DNA of 64,000 nucleotides. Origin: the human T2T-CHM13v2.0 reference genome, Homo sapiens. The stretch lies in assembly GCF_009914755.1 (NCBI RefSeq), contig NC_060945.1. One strand, given 5' to 3'. The position numbers and the translations under genes are program-made. Below the pieces are notes generated by a model, which worked only from the letters and a program-made list of their open reading frames with translations, ran no database searches and was not told the origin of the DNA. Positions 46,250 to 61,394 of the stretch are shown here, in pieces (within the stretch, counting starts at the first letter, position 1; the number at the start of each line of letters is the position of its first letter).

Positions 46250-48240
46250 GTCCCTCCTTTGATGATCTGGATTAACCTGCCAACAGTCTGTCTTTTCCTG
46301 TAAGTCTGAAAAAAGCCACATCCTAACCCTGAAAGGGAGATCAGGTCTACAGGACTTGTGGGTGTTTTTTCCAATGCTGCCTTCTTCCCCCACCCTCTGC
46401 CTCCCATTCCAGGTGGGAAACGTGCTGGCAGGGTGACTTCTCTGGATTATAAACTCCGTGCCCTCACAGCTCTGAAGACTCAGTAGCCAGCACTAACATT
46501 GGTGAGGGGTGAAGAGCTGCTAACTGATGCTTATTATGTCTGAGCGCCAGGAACTTACAAGAAAAGTGGCCCCTGCTTCTCCCGGAACTGATGGTTCAAA
46601 GAAGCCAGCAGTCAGGCTGACAGCAGTCCTGCCAAACCTTCTCTCAGATGCAGGCTGTCCCTAAATGATAACAAGCTCCTGGAGGATCTGGGATGCCAGG
46701 ATGACTGAATGCTCCTGTCCTCTCTCAAACCATCCAGCAAAGGGGCCGAGAGCTGTTTCCTCACCCAGTAATGCAGGCAAAATGCTGCATGAACTGGACA
46801 GAATTCATGAGGGTGTTCTGGTTGGAACTATCTGAATAATAACTGCTCCGGGACTGTGGGTTGTTTGATATTTTATTTCCTAAGAAGGGTAGGGGAAAAC
46901 ATGTAGGGACCCAATGTCTTGGTCCCAAAAGATAAACCCATCGTGGGGCCTGTGAAAGAAGAATGACATCCTTATCTCAGGCTGTTCTTGGACTCTTCAT
47001 CACAGGGTGTCTGAGCCTGTGTGGATAAAATGTTCTGGAATAATGGGGCCGCTCTTTCCTTCCCCACCCCCATCCAACTGTGAAACAAGTTGTCATCTCA
47101 GAAGTGCCACAGAAGGGGGTGGCCTCCTGATCCACTTCCCGACTGACCTCACAGCCTCCAAGTCCTGGCTGAAGATTCCAGGTGGTAACTGCAGGGGCTG
47201 GACAGGAATGGTGCAGGTCTGAGCATGTGCACACTGACAGCTGTGAGCGATGGGGGACCCTGGCCATGCAGAAGAGGCACCTGCTGCCACCACACCCTGT
47301 GGGGAAGTGGGTGTGGGGAGGAAGAAAAGGGAAACATCCTTCTTGGTGGCAACTTCATAGCACCAGTCCCAGGATGAGTGGAGATGGCCACTACACAGTC
47401 TCCAAGTGACAGGAGCAGAGTCTGGCCACACGAGTCCCATCAGGAGAATGTGGCCCCGCAGGGCCTTGGCCCATCCACTCTTACCCCAGACCTCCTGGGA
47501 ACTGCACAGGGCCAATCTTACATCAACCTGTAAAGACCCCTTGGCCACTTCCTGGGAAGGAGGACTGGGGCAAGTCACCGAATATCTCTTGACTTCACCT
47601 TCTCTTGCACAACAGGAAACATCAGAGCCACTTTTGTTATTGTAAACATTGAATGCATGGAGCATGTAAAGGTCCTTCCTAGAGTAGGATAAATGGGAGA
47701 CTTCCTTCTTCAAAGGCTTCACTGTTTCTTAAAGCTGAGTCCTCCTGGCTCAAAGAGAGCAAAGATAAAGGAATTAGGAGCAGCCTCTCTCAAGCCAAAA
47801 CTTACCCTTTTGCATTGATTGCTTCTGTAACAAATTCAAGTATCCCTATTGGCAAATAGATATTTTGGGCAGACTAAAGCAAAGATAACCAACAATGCAA
47901 GACTTCACATTTTAAATTGTTTCAAATGTTAAAGCTACCAGCCCAAGACCACCAGGAACACACTTGTCAAACACAGTGAGTTGCATTAGCTTGCAAGGGA
48001 GCACACACTGGGGAGCTATAGACTTCTCAAATAAGGACAGTCAGGAAGGGTATCATTATGGGAACTAGCAGGGGATGTGGGGTCATTCTTGGGAGGACTG
48101 GTCAACTTGTAAACAAGGTGAGTTGCTGGGACAGCATCTTTCCTTTAGAATACATGCAGTACACTTAAGCCTGTGCCGTTACTGTGAGATCAGCGTGCCC
48201 ATGGTCTTCTTGAGAACATAGCCATCTGAATAAGGGTGAA

Positions 48241-48921
<681 letters not shown>

Positions 48922-49254
48922 ATGAGCTTAGATAGTTTGTCTTGAATGTCATGGTTTGGTACAGTTTATTGTTTGAGAGTTTTATTGCTTGGGAGTTTTT
49001 ATACCACAGTTTTGCAAGCTGAGGCTTCTGTTTCAATTGTTTCCTTTTGCAGCCTAGACTCCAGTAGATTCATTTTTTTAACTTTATTACACCTGATTTT
49101 CAAACTATTGCATATTAAAATTATAGGGCCTTTTCCTGATTTATCAACTTTAGAACACAATCTATTAACTTATAGCTATGAAAGATGGGTGATTTGCTTA
49201 TCTGTAATACTATCCACCCAGCACCTCCAACTTCACCTAATTTTTGTTTTATTT

Positions 49255-49567
49255 TAGTTTTTGTTTTTTTTTTTTTTGTTTTTTTTTTGAGATGGAGTCT
49301 CACTCTGTTGCCCAGGCTGGAGTGCAGTGGCATGATCTCGGCTCACTGCAAACTCAGCCTCCCGGGTTCATGCCATTCATGCCAGCCTCCCCAGCAGCTG
49401 GGACTACAGGCACATGCCGCCACGCCCATATAATTTTTTGTATTTTTAGTGGAGTTGGGGTTTTGCCGTGTTAGCCAGGCTGGTCTTGAACTCCTGGCCT
49501 CAAGCAACCTGCCTGTCTCAGCCTGCCAAAATGCTGGGGTTACAGGCGTGACTCACCACACCTGGCC
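49255..49567 (-). mobile_element. Alu
   Basis: Poly-T and reverse dimer. Confidence 0.93.
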
Positions 49568-49608
49568 TGGTTTTTGTTCTTCTAATGATTATATTTATAA
49601 ATCTAAAC

Positions 49609-49823
49609 CAGTGGTTCTTAGCCGGGGGCAATCTCCCTCTCCTCAGGGGGCATTTGGCAATGCCTGGAGACATATTTTGGTAGTTACAACTTGGGGAGTG
49701 CTATTGCCATCTAGTGAGTCCAGGCTGGCAATGTTGCTGAACATCCTACAATGCACAGGACAGCTCCCACAACAGAGAGCTATCCAGCCCAAATCTCAAT
49801 AGTGCCAAGGTTGAGAAGCCCTG
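49609..49823 (+). mobile_element. MER20
   Basis: cagtggttcttagccggggg...gtgccaaggttgagaagccctg. Confidence 0.9.
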
Positions 49824-50544
49824 CTTTAAACAATATATTAAAATCTCTTGACCCACCAACTATAGATAATATCTGACTTTGGATCTATAATGAAGGACAT
49901 GACCCCTCTACTTCATTCCAAATCTTCCCTCTCTTTCCTCTCAACCTAGTCAAGATTTGAACATCTACATTCTACTTAGTAACAATAACTAAGAGTTTGG
50001 CCTCAAGGTTGGTTCTAAAAAGTGAAACCCAATAAACAGTATTCATAATACTATGATTATGCAAATATTGGTGTCTGTGAACTGTATGGTGACACTCAAT
50101 CCACCAAGAAAGAAATTTGATTTTTTGCCACCAACTTGGGACCCTCAAAGGAGACTGAACAGAAATGTTAAGGTCAACTGGATTCTCTTTTCTTACACTT
50201 CATGAGTAGTTCACATCATACCCTATTATATTTGGCTTCACATTTAAACCATGACATCTTTGCAGTTTCTTTATTTTGGTCATGCTTTAACTGTTGTCTT
50301 AAATGTTTGTTCACAAAGGAAGCAGATTGCTTCACCTCATCATATGATCATGTAGCTTCTTAATCATGCTGCTTGTTAAGAGAATCTGCTTTCTTTGTAA
50401 AGCTGTACTTCCTGAAAGCTGCTTTTGTTCTAATTTGGAATATTTGCTTTCTAGTTCTGCTGTGTGGCTCTCATCTTTCCTGCAGCTAAGTTCCCTTATT
50501 CCTGCAGCCAACTTCCTTTTGTTGGATCCTTTCTAGCTCCAAGA

Positions 50545-50805
50545 GGTCATGGTGGGCAAGTGCTAGGCTCTGGAGCTACACTCCCAGGTGCAACTTCTAG
50601 GGCCACCACAGAGTAGCTGCACAACTCTGAACAAGTTATCTGATCTTTCCATATCTGTTTCCTTATATATAAAATGAGATTGTGATGATAAAAATAGTAA
50701 CCCAACTCATAGGGTAGTTGTGAGGATGACGTTAGTTAATGTACATAAAGTGCTTAAAAACAGTGCCTGGCTTTTAGTAAGCCCTCAGTAAGTGCTAGCT
50801 ATTGT
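50545..50805 (+). mobile_element. MIR
   Basis: ctcatagggtagttgtgagga...aaagtgcttaaaaacagtgcctggc. Confidence 0.8.
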
Positions 50806-50809
50806 GGTC

Positions 50810-51720
50810 ATTATTTTGCTGGAGCATATTCTTAAGTAATCTTTTCAGACAGAGTACCAGGAAGGTAAAACTTTTAGTCTTTTTATGCATGAGCTGCCAT
50901 TATTTTGTCTTCTCGTTTGATTGACAGATTGCTAGACATAAAGATCCATGGTTAAATCACTTACCTTCAGAACTTTGAAGGCATTATCCCACTGTTTTCT
51001 AGCATCCAGTGTTACTGATGAAGAATCCAATGCAAATCTGATATTCATCCCTTTGTAGGTGTTGGTTTTTTGTATTTGTGAGTTTTTAGGATCTTCTCTT
51101 TATGTCTAGTGTTCCGAAATCTCACAAAATTGTGCCCGGGGTGAAATTTAACCTGTTATACTTGTCCAGCATTTGGTGAACACTTTCTAGCTGATCCTTG
51201 TGTTTCTCTTCAGCTCTGGTACATTTTTAAAACTCCGGTAATTTCAAATCGATTATTTTTTTCTGAATATTTTCTCCTTTCAATTTTCCTCTTTTGTATT
51301 TGTGGGATTGCCATCTGATAAAATGCTGTACTTACTGAATTGGTCCTCCATGTCATCTACATTTTCTTTCTTATTTTCCAACTTTTTATTCCGGAAGATT
51401 TTGTTTACTTATCTTCCAAGCTTTTTATTAGAAGTTTTATTCTGGTAATAAAGTTTTTAATTTTCAAGAACTTTCTTATTCTCTAAGTGCTCTTTTTTTC
51501 AGAGCAACCATTCACATTTTATGAATGTAATATCTTCTAAGTTTTTTCTAAGAAACTTATTAGAGGTTCAGATAGGAATTTTGTTTTAAGTTCTTACCTG
51601 TTGCTTAATTACTCTATGCTTTCTCTGGCCTCAATTATTCTATTTATCCTCTTGGTCCTCTTATTTGGGGCCCTTTTTCCTTTAACGTATGGTGACCTTT
51701 GGTTGCCATTTGTATATGCA
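50810..51720 (-). mobile_element. Ancient L1 ORF1-like remnant (HAL1/L1M)
   Basis: T-rich; cagaactttgaaggcattatcccactgttttctagcatccagtgttactgatgaagaatccaatgc. Confidence 0.6.
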
Positions 51721-52659
51721 CCAGTGACAGGACTGGTTAATACAGGTACTGTTACTGTGTAAGTCTGACCAACTGCTTGGATCGGCTAATTGGGAATTGT
51801 GACCCATTTGTTCTCTAGCATTTCATCTTCTCCCTGCATAGACCTCTTGCTCTTCTCTACTGGATTATTTCATGGGCAATGAGCCCATCCAACAGCTCCA
51901 GCAAGTCCATACCTATAGTGTGAGCTAGCTCAAGATATCTCTTCAAGGGCTTCATCAACACTGGGGCAAATCTCCAAAGATACCCCCTAGGTGCCAGGTT
52001 ATCACATTTCCTGAATGCCCAGTAGATACCTATCCCTGTCCAAAGTGTATACCAGCATTTTGTAGGCAGGGGGTTAGAAGCCCTGAAATTAAGACATCCA
52101 AGTAGCCCAGAGTAGCCTGTACAGTCTGCTGGTGCCTACATGTATAATCTTTCCAGATGAGCTGCAACCCAATTGACCAGGCAGTGGGGTCCATTTGAAA
52201 CAATGGGCGCTGATAAACCATTGTGGCAATGCCCAGAGTTATCAAGGCAGATGTTGGATCTTGAGACTTAAGGCGCTGTCATGGAACTTAACAATACGCC
52301 GTAGTCCTCAATTCATGTCTGAAGCATTAATGCTATTTTCATTTATTTCTGTCTTTCATATGCAGTGGGGTCTTAACAAATTGAGGCCTAGAGATGGACA
52401 GAAAGACTCCCAGGCACCAGAAAGCTATTTCTTGCAGCCACCACGTTGCTGTGATTAACGAAATAGTTGGATGCATTTTCCACTCAAAAGTGGCTACAGG
52501 GGGAACTGAGTGTGAGTTGTTCACTGTCAACTAACAGCACCATTAGAATTATGTTAAAGCTGAGCTAAGAGAAGCAAGAGAAAGGATGCTACTCAAGAAG
52601 AATCTTCTAGTGAAAGAGTGAAAACTTTATTGGTCTCAATGGCAGTGGTGAATCAAGGA

Positions 52660-52969
52660 CTTTTTTTTTTTTTTTTTTTTTTTTGAGATGGAGTCTCTCT
52701 CTGTCGCCCAGGCTGGAGTGCAATGGTGAGATCTTGGGGCTCACTGCAACCCCTGCCTCCTGGGTTCAAGCAATTCTCCTGCCTCAGCCTCCTGAGTAGC
52801 TGGGATTACAGGCACCCGCCACCACGCCCAGCTAATTTTTTGTATTTTTAGTAAAGACGAGGTTTCACCATGTTGGCCAGGCTGGTCTCGAACTCCTGAC
52901 CTCGGGGGATCCATCCGCCTCAGCCTCTCAAAGTGCTGGGATTACAGCCCTGAGCCACCGTGCCCGGCC
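52660..52969 (-). mobile_element. AluS
   Basis: Reverse dimer; TSD caag(g/a)acttttt. Confidence 0.95.
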
Positions 52970-53321
52970 CAAGAACTTTTTAAATTCTGTGCAACCAAGA
53001 AATTCAAAACTGATCTACATGCCCTGTCCAGGTTGACCAGTTATCCCGCTAAACTAGTAACCACCAGAGACTGAGCCTGGAGTGGGGGCTCTATCTGTGC
53101 CTTGCTTAGTTCTTCATTTTGATTAAAAATACAAATGCCTATATTCTACCCCTAACCCCTTTACTGACTAATTCATGGGATCCATTTGACCGCTATTGAT
53201 GTTTTCTCACTTATTAAAAAAAATAGTTTCAGTGTAATTATTCTGAGTTAAATACATTTGCCTCTTTTTATCCTAAAAATTGGAAGTTGAAGAATCCTTT
53301 TGTTGCCCTTAATGAGCTACC

Positions 53322-53757
53322 GTAGTAGCTTCCTAGGGCTGCAGTCACAAAGTATTGCAAACTGGCTGGCTTGAAATAACAGAAACCATTCTCTCACGGT
53401 TCTCGAGGCAGACATCCAAAATGAAGGTGTTGGCAGGACTGGTTCCCTCTTGGAGACTCAAAGGAAGAACTGGTTCCATGCCTCTCTTCTATCTTCTAAT
53501 GGTTGCTCTTGGTTTGCAACTGCGTAACCCCAGTCTCCATCCCTGTTGTCACATGGCTGTTATCCCTCCGCGTGTCTGTGCCTTTACATGGTGTCCTCCT
53601 CTGTATGTGTGTCTCTGTATCTATTTTCCTCTTCTTATAACTTCCATCTTAGTTACATCTGCAAAGACTCCATTTCCAAATAAGGTCACATTCACAAGTA
53701 CCAGGAGTCCAGACTTGAACATATCTCTTGCAGGGACACAGCTCAACCCCCAATGCA
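53322..53757 (-). mobile_element. MLT1B/C-type LTR
   Basis: ttcctagggctgcagtcacaaagt...ttacatctgcaaagactccatttccaaataaggtcacattcaca. Confidence 0.8.
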
Positions 53758-54951
53758 CAGTGTGCCTGTCAACTTCCATACACACTGGTTTGGTTCTATC
53801 CCAGGAAGTGGGGAGCCAGGGCTGAGAGACCAAAAATCCTAGATCCTGGTCCCAAGTTCTCAGCCCATGACTACGCATTACTGTTTCTAACAATGATATC
53901 AAAGGATCCTAAAGACTGGTTATATTGAAATACGCCAAAGACAACCTCTAACCCTGAGGCCCAGAGAGCCCCAGGAATCTAAGCTCTCAGTCTTGGACCC
54001 AACAGCAAGCCCTCTCTCAACTACTCTGATGGTCTCCTGGCCCCGACATCAGCATGTGTAGCCTCCTGCTGCCTGTCTGCAAAGCTGTCCCTGCACAATA
54101 CACTCTTCTAAGCATCTCAGAGAGGACAGGATGTGGCTTTGCATGGTAGTTGGAAATGATCAAGAAAATATATATTTACCAAAATCTGAGCTGAAATTAG
54201 GATATCCGGATGCTGAGTGTTAATGAGCAGCGTGTCGGTGTTTAACAACCGGGGCCACAGGCCATCAGTTTCACAGGACTCATTTGAATAATGCTTCCAA
54301 CTGTACAGACAGTGCAGGGAAAGCAGTACACAGATTGGCTTATCAGGAAACACATAAAGGAAAGGAGGAGGGGAAAAAAAACCCCATGGGATCCTGCAGG
54401 CTAAAAAAAAAAAAATGCTAAAAGGAAAAATAAATGTACATGTGTACCTCTTAAGTCTCACAAATCTGCAGGGATTTGTAACTCAGGAAAACCCTGAAGT
54501 GAAACACAAATCAAAAAGGGACCAAGGGCCATAATCCACATTCCTAAATTAGTTGTCTTTTCCGGTAATGAAAAAAGAATCAGACTGTAAGTATACAATA
54601 TCTCTCCCTGTCATTGCCGCTTCTTTCATTGCTTTCTTAAAATATTACAAAGCAAACAAATCCTGCATTCTAATCCATTATAAACCAGTTCCATATCTAA
54701 TCAACTTGAAGCCAAAGCCATCTGAGCAGTGCAAACATTTTTTAAAAGAGTCATTCTAAGATAAGCAAAACAGGAAATTGGAGGTTGACGATGATGAAAC
54801 TGATATCCAAATGGTAATCTGAGCAGTAAAGTCACTAAACCCTTCCTGCACCATAAACAGAGTTTCTTGGGATGTGTTTCATTCGCTTTCCCTGGCGATT
54901 TGGCAGTAGGTTGTACCAGTTAGTACAAATCATCATCTTTCTCTTCCTTAC

Positions 54952-55048
54952 CCCATGTCGGCAGACCGCGGCCAGGATGCGGGATCCCAGGGCGCCAGGC
55001 GCTCCCATCTGCTCTGCTGAACAATGTGTGGTCCACCCTTTATCCAAG
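54952..55048 (-). other. Candidate 97-nt exon ending GCCGACATGGG
   Basis: Minus strand acceptor ctgcccttcccctctgcAG|CTT and donor GGG|GTAAGG; 6 CpGs within ~45 nt. Confidence 0.4.
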
Positions 55049-55122
55049 CTGCAGAGGGGAAGGGCAGATGGAGCCACCTTGCCTTCTAAGTGACTTCAGC
55101 AAAAGCACATCTGTCCTCCAGG

Positions 55123-55340
55123 GCAGGTTCTCGACCCCAGCACTATTCACATTTTTAGCTGGATCGCTTTTCGTCGTCGGAGGCTGTCTTGTTCGTGGTG
55201 GGTTGTTTAGCCGCACCCCTAGCTTCTACCCACTAGATGCCAGTAGCACCCCTCCCAGATATGACCATCAAAAAATGTCTCTGAACATTGCCAAATGTCC
55301 CTGGGAGTGGGAGGCACAATCACCCCCTGTTGAGAACCAC
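55123..55340 (-). mobile_element. MER20
   Basis: ctacccactagatgccagtagcacc...cattgccaaatgtccc...gttgagaaccac. Confidence 0.9.
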
Positions 55341-55591
55341 TTAGAAAGAACTTTTGCTGGGAAGAGCTCAGAGCATGCATTTAAACAGTGTTCGGTGTTC
55401 TCGCATTAGCCTTTCCCAAGGGAATTAGTTACTAACTGAATGTCACCTTCTCCACGAGACTTCCCCTGAGCACCCTATTTATGCTCACTCACTATTTTCA
55501 TTACTTATCATGTTAACTGTTTAATATTCTGCCTCCCCTGTTACACTATATGTAGTTCCAGGCACAGAGTAAATGTTCAAAAACATTTGTT

Positions 55592-55890
55592 GGCCAGGCA
55601 AGGTGGCTCATGCCTAGAATCCCAACACTTTGGGAGGCTGAGGTGGGAGGATCACTTGAGGCCATAAGTTAGAGACCAGCCTGGTCAACATAGTAAGATC
55701 CTGTCTCTACTGAAAGAAAAAAGAAAAAAATAGCCAAGCACAGGGGCATGTGCCTGTAGTCCTAGCTACTTGAGAGGCTGAGGCAGGAGGATTGCGTGAG
55801 CCCAGGAGTTAGAGGCTGCAGTGAGCTGTGATCATGCCATTGCACTGTAGCCTGGGCAACAGAGCAGGATCCTATCTTTAAAAAAAGAAT
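55592..55890 (+). mobile_element. AluJ inserted in an L2 3' end
   Basis: Full dimer; TSD aaaacattt. Confidence 0.9.
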
Positions 55891-57394
55891 TAAAATAAAT
55901 TTTAAAACATTTACTTATTTGACAAATAAATGGAAAGAAACCAAACTTCACATAGTATAAACAAAGAAGAAATGAGTTGCCCACCTAACTAGGGTGATGT
56001 GGTGAGGAGGACCCAGGGCTCCTGGACTCAGTGCCACAGCCACGGTGCCAACAATGAATTCAATGACACCTGCTTGTCAGGGCTGTTGGGGGTTAAATAG
56101 GGTCGTGTGTGTATGTGCCTAACACGCAGCGCATGTGTGGGTGCTCCGGCCTGCCCCGCCTTCCCTACCTCTTTTCTGATGCAGCATCCTCAGCTCTTCC
56201 CCAGGGCGCTCCCTGCCTGTGGACTCCTGGGGCCCAGGCCAGACCCTGCCTGCAGATGATTTGAGGACCCGTGTCTTTAGCAGCCTGTTTGGTCTGAGGC
56301 CTGGGTCCATGGTGGCAGACCACTTGCCAGACCAACCCCTTGGCTGCCTGGCCTGTGAACTCCAGCCGCCCCACCTCTGGCCAGCACCCTGGGCCCATGC
56401 ACAGTTCGACCTGGGCGAAGCTCTGTCTGCCACCTGGGACCCCCAAAGGTGCCACCTTGCCTGAGCCAGGCACTCCCTGCTCTCCTAAAGTCACTCAATC
56501 TTAGGAAATGTCTGTTGTCCAATCTGGCACACTCCATGCTGTGGGTGCTCACACTTCTTAGACGCAGTGCTCCACTGGGTGTGCTCTGTTCTTGGGGTAA
56601 AGCTAAGTCCTTGTGGCTTTAGACCAGAGAAGTTTCTTTCTGTCTTACAGGGAGTTCCAAGTAGTGAGGGCTGCTCAGCTCCACACAGTCACTCAGAAAC
56701 CCAAGTCCCTTTCCCGTGTAGCTCCCCCATCCCCATGGCTTTCTTGTTGTCTACGTGACTGAATTCACTTGCCTTCCCCTGCTTCCAGCCAGGGGAAGGG
56801 GAAAGAGTATGGAGGAGATGAGTCCTACACAGAGACATGAGTCCCATATCCAGAAACGGCACTTCCTTACATTCCCATGGGCAGGAATCTAGTCCCACGG
56901 CCACATCTCACTGCAAGAGAGGCCGCAAGGTGCAGGCAGAAGGGAGGGCAGGCAGAGGGGAGATGTGGGGTCCCTTCCCCACTCTTCTCCAGCAATCATT
57001 TCCTGAGTGTTTTGCTGACTGCAGTCACCTCCACTCCAGTGAGCTCCTTAATCCAGCAGAGAAGACACACACCCAGAGCACAATCTAAGAGGACACAGAG
57101 GAGTGGGCAGCTGGCTTGGCTGTTGCACTTGAAGACAGGATCCCAACCAGGAGCAGACGGGAGGCGGCATTCGAGCTGGCGTCTATCTAAGACAAGAGGA
57201 GGAAGGACAGGGTGAGAATTTTGCCTGGTCTTAAATCCATATGCCCTTGAGTTTTTTCAATCCTTAGGAAAATGAGTGAAACAGACCTGGGTCATTTGAC
57301 CATTAAAGATTTTGGACAATCTCTGCAAGAGTTAGAGGCACCATGTGCCCCAGATCATCACCCTTCTCCAAAACGGTCCCTTGGTTTGCTTGGT

Positions 57395-57908
<514 letters not shown>

Positions 57909-58436
57909 TGAGTTGCCAGAAAAATAAAAGTTGATTTAAATGTCCCATGACTAAGTACTGAGTCATCATTTGTCATTATTATTTTATTATTTCTTACTTG
58001 TGAGAAATTATTTTATTAATATTTTTATTTACCTTTATTATTTCTCAGCTGGAGAAACCCTACAGAAGGGTGCTGGTCATGCAGCCTCATGGCCACCGTG
58101 TCCTCAGCAGGCCTGGTTCCTTCCCCCCAGGACCACGGAGGCACAGCCGCCCCTCAGGGGCATAGCATACGGTGTGGTGCGGCCCCTCTTTTCCTGAGCT
58201 GAGATTTTTTCGTCTTGTCACGCCCCCCATCTCCCATGCGGCCTCCTCTTCCCAAGACCCCTGGCTTCACTGCAGACTTAGCCACCAGCTCCGCATCATT
58301 TGCCCAGCCTGCAACCTCCCGGAGGTGCTTCCCCGCCTCCCAAGACAGCGGGTAGGTGCCAACTGCTAATTTTCTTCCAGTGGCCCACCCTTACAACTCA
58401 TCCATTGCACTCCAAAAGATTGTTTTTTGGAGGACA

Positions 58437-58854
58437 TTTTTTTAAATTTTATTTTTTCCATAAGTTATTGGGGTATGGGTGGTATTTGGTTACATGAGTA
58501 AGTTCTTTAGTGGAGATTTGTGAGCTCCTGCTGCACCCATCACCCGAGCAGTATACACTGCACCATATTTGTTATCTTTTATTCCTCACCCCCCTCCCAC
58601 TCTTCCCCCCAAGTCCCCAAAGTCCATTGTATCATTCTTATGCCTTTGTGTCCTCATAGCTTAGCTCCCACGTATCAGTGAGAACATACAATGTTTGGTT
58701 TTCCATTCCTGAGTTAATTCACTTAGAATAAAAATTTCCAATCTCATCCAGGTCATTGCAAATGCTGTTCATTCATTCCTTTTTATGGCTGAGTAGTATT
58801 CCATCATATATATATATGTGTATATATATATGTATATGTATGTATATATATGTG

Positions 58855-58887
<33 letters not shown>

Positions 58888-59157
58888 ATACACCACAGTT
58901 TCTTTATCCACTTATTGATTGATGGGCATTTGGATTGGTTCTATGACTTTGCAATTGTGAATTGTGCTGCTATAAACATGCGTGTGCAAGTATCTTTTTC
59001 GTGTAATGACTTCTTTTCCTTTGGGTAGATACCCAGCAGTGGGATTGCTGGATCAAATGGTAGTTCTACTTTTAGTTCTTTAAGGAATCTCCACACTGTT
59101 TTCCATAGTGGCTGTGCTAGTTTACCTTCCCAGCAGCAGTGTAGAAGTGTTCCCTGA
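58437..59157 (-). mobile_element. L1PB1-like 3' fragment with internal (TA)n/(TG)n
   Basis: ccataagttattggggta...gtatttggttacatgagtaagttctttagtgg...cacccatcacccgagcagtatacactg. Confidence 0.9.
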
Positions 59158-59369
59158 TAGTAAAAGGATATTTTAAATATAAAAGAAATGCAAGGTGTTG
59201 TGGTGGTTAATTGTAGGTGTCAACTTGGCTAGGCCGTGCTGCCCAGTTGTCTGGTCAGACATCAGTATAAATGTTGCTGTGAAGGTATTTTTCAGATGAA
59301 ATTAACATGTAAATCATTGGATGTTGAGTAAAGCCAAGTACCATCACGTGTGTGGGCCTCATCCAATCA

Positions 59370-60032
<663 letters not shown>

Positions 60033-61354
60033 CTATTGGTTCTATTTCTCTGGAGAACCCTGGCCAATAAATCAGTGCTACTCATTGATCAATGTTTCCT
60101 TGTCCTGTATGTTTTAAGGTGTCTTCATTTTCTTTTTATGATCCTGAGTTGGCCACCAACCAACAAAAGTATTCTCCTCCTGAGTGGCACACTAGATATT
60201 GTTCTCCTAAAAATTCAGTCGAGATTCCAATATTTGGTCAACCCCACAAAAACACTCATGTTCTAGTTCAGTCAGGATAACAAATGAAACAGTTCCCAAC
60301 TTACCCAACTTCGATTGTCTGACCGAACTCAGGCTCACATGATATTTATGTCTGAGTGCCCCCCAAACACACAACTGAATAAACAGCCAATTCACTTCGA
60401 AAAATTCCCATTTGGCCACAATCTTGCAGCTATCTGTGAACTCTGCCCCGCCTGAAACACACTTTGGTGCTACAAAGAGCATTCTCCTCCCCGGACACCA
60501 TATCCTGGGAAGCAAGGAATTGTTTGGAGATGCTCCCAGCTGGCCACCCAGTCTCTGTCCTCAGGGATCCAGAAAGCTCTGGAGGCTGCCTGGCCCTCGG
60601 CACTGACCTGGAGCAGAATTGGGAAGTAAGTGGATGTGGCTTTTTCTACCCGTGGGCTCCAGGAATCAGCCTTTTCCAGCTCCTGTGGAGTCACCCATGA
60701 GATTTCCATTAGGAATACCTTTTTGTTTCTCTTGGGACTACTTGTTGTTGGTTTACTTATTTATTTATTTATTTTCATTTTCCATTTTGGCTTTCACATT
60801 GCAAAGAATGGGCCATGTGGCAGGGACACCTCTGCTTTGAGGCCAGCATGGGCACCTTACACCCCCAAGTGGGCTGCAGAGCCTAGCCGGACTGAATCCC
60901 ATCAGCAGGTTCTTTTACTTCTTCCAAGATGGTAGCACTTCCTGCCTGGCAGGCACTGCTGCTAGTCAGGTTGAGAACGTCCACAACTCGCCATCCCCAC
61001 GTGTGTGCAGACATGAAATGCCTACGTGGCAAATATCAGGCCTGACAGAACCAGGCAAATATTGACACAGCCAGGTGAGGGGAAGCATTCATTCTTTCTG
61101 TCAGCATTTACAAAGCACCTACTAAGTGTCAGGGCTTGTGCTAGGTGCCAAGCAAAACCAAACAGGGCCACTGCCCTCCTTGTGGGAGGCAGGCACGAAT
61201 CCTATTTATTTTGGGTCTCAGAGTCCTGGTCCCAGAGCAGAGATTCCATAAACATTTTAAATTGTGTGTGTGAGTGAGAACAGGAGAGGAGAGTGCATGG
61301 GAGGGTTTGCACCTGACATGCCCACACTAAAAAGCGGACCTCCACCTTTAGTTC

Positions 61355-61394
61355 CTCCCTAATGGAGAGCCATCACCGACACTCCATTAGGGAG
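61355..61394. repeat. Perfect 13-bp inverted repeat with 14-nt loop
   Basis: ctccctaatggag (61355-61367) and ctccattagggag (61382-61394). Confidence 0.95.

Noticed and set aside
47093-47722. 209-aa minus-strand ORF
   Set aside because: Non-ATG start, no recognisable family; overlapping ORFs in several frames suggest chance
50955-51605. Strong minus-strand donors (AAG|GTAAGT, CAG|GTAAGA)
   Set aside because: Inside an ancient L1-like remnant with no convincing upstream acceptor
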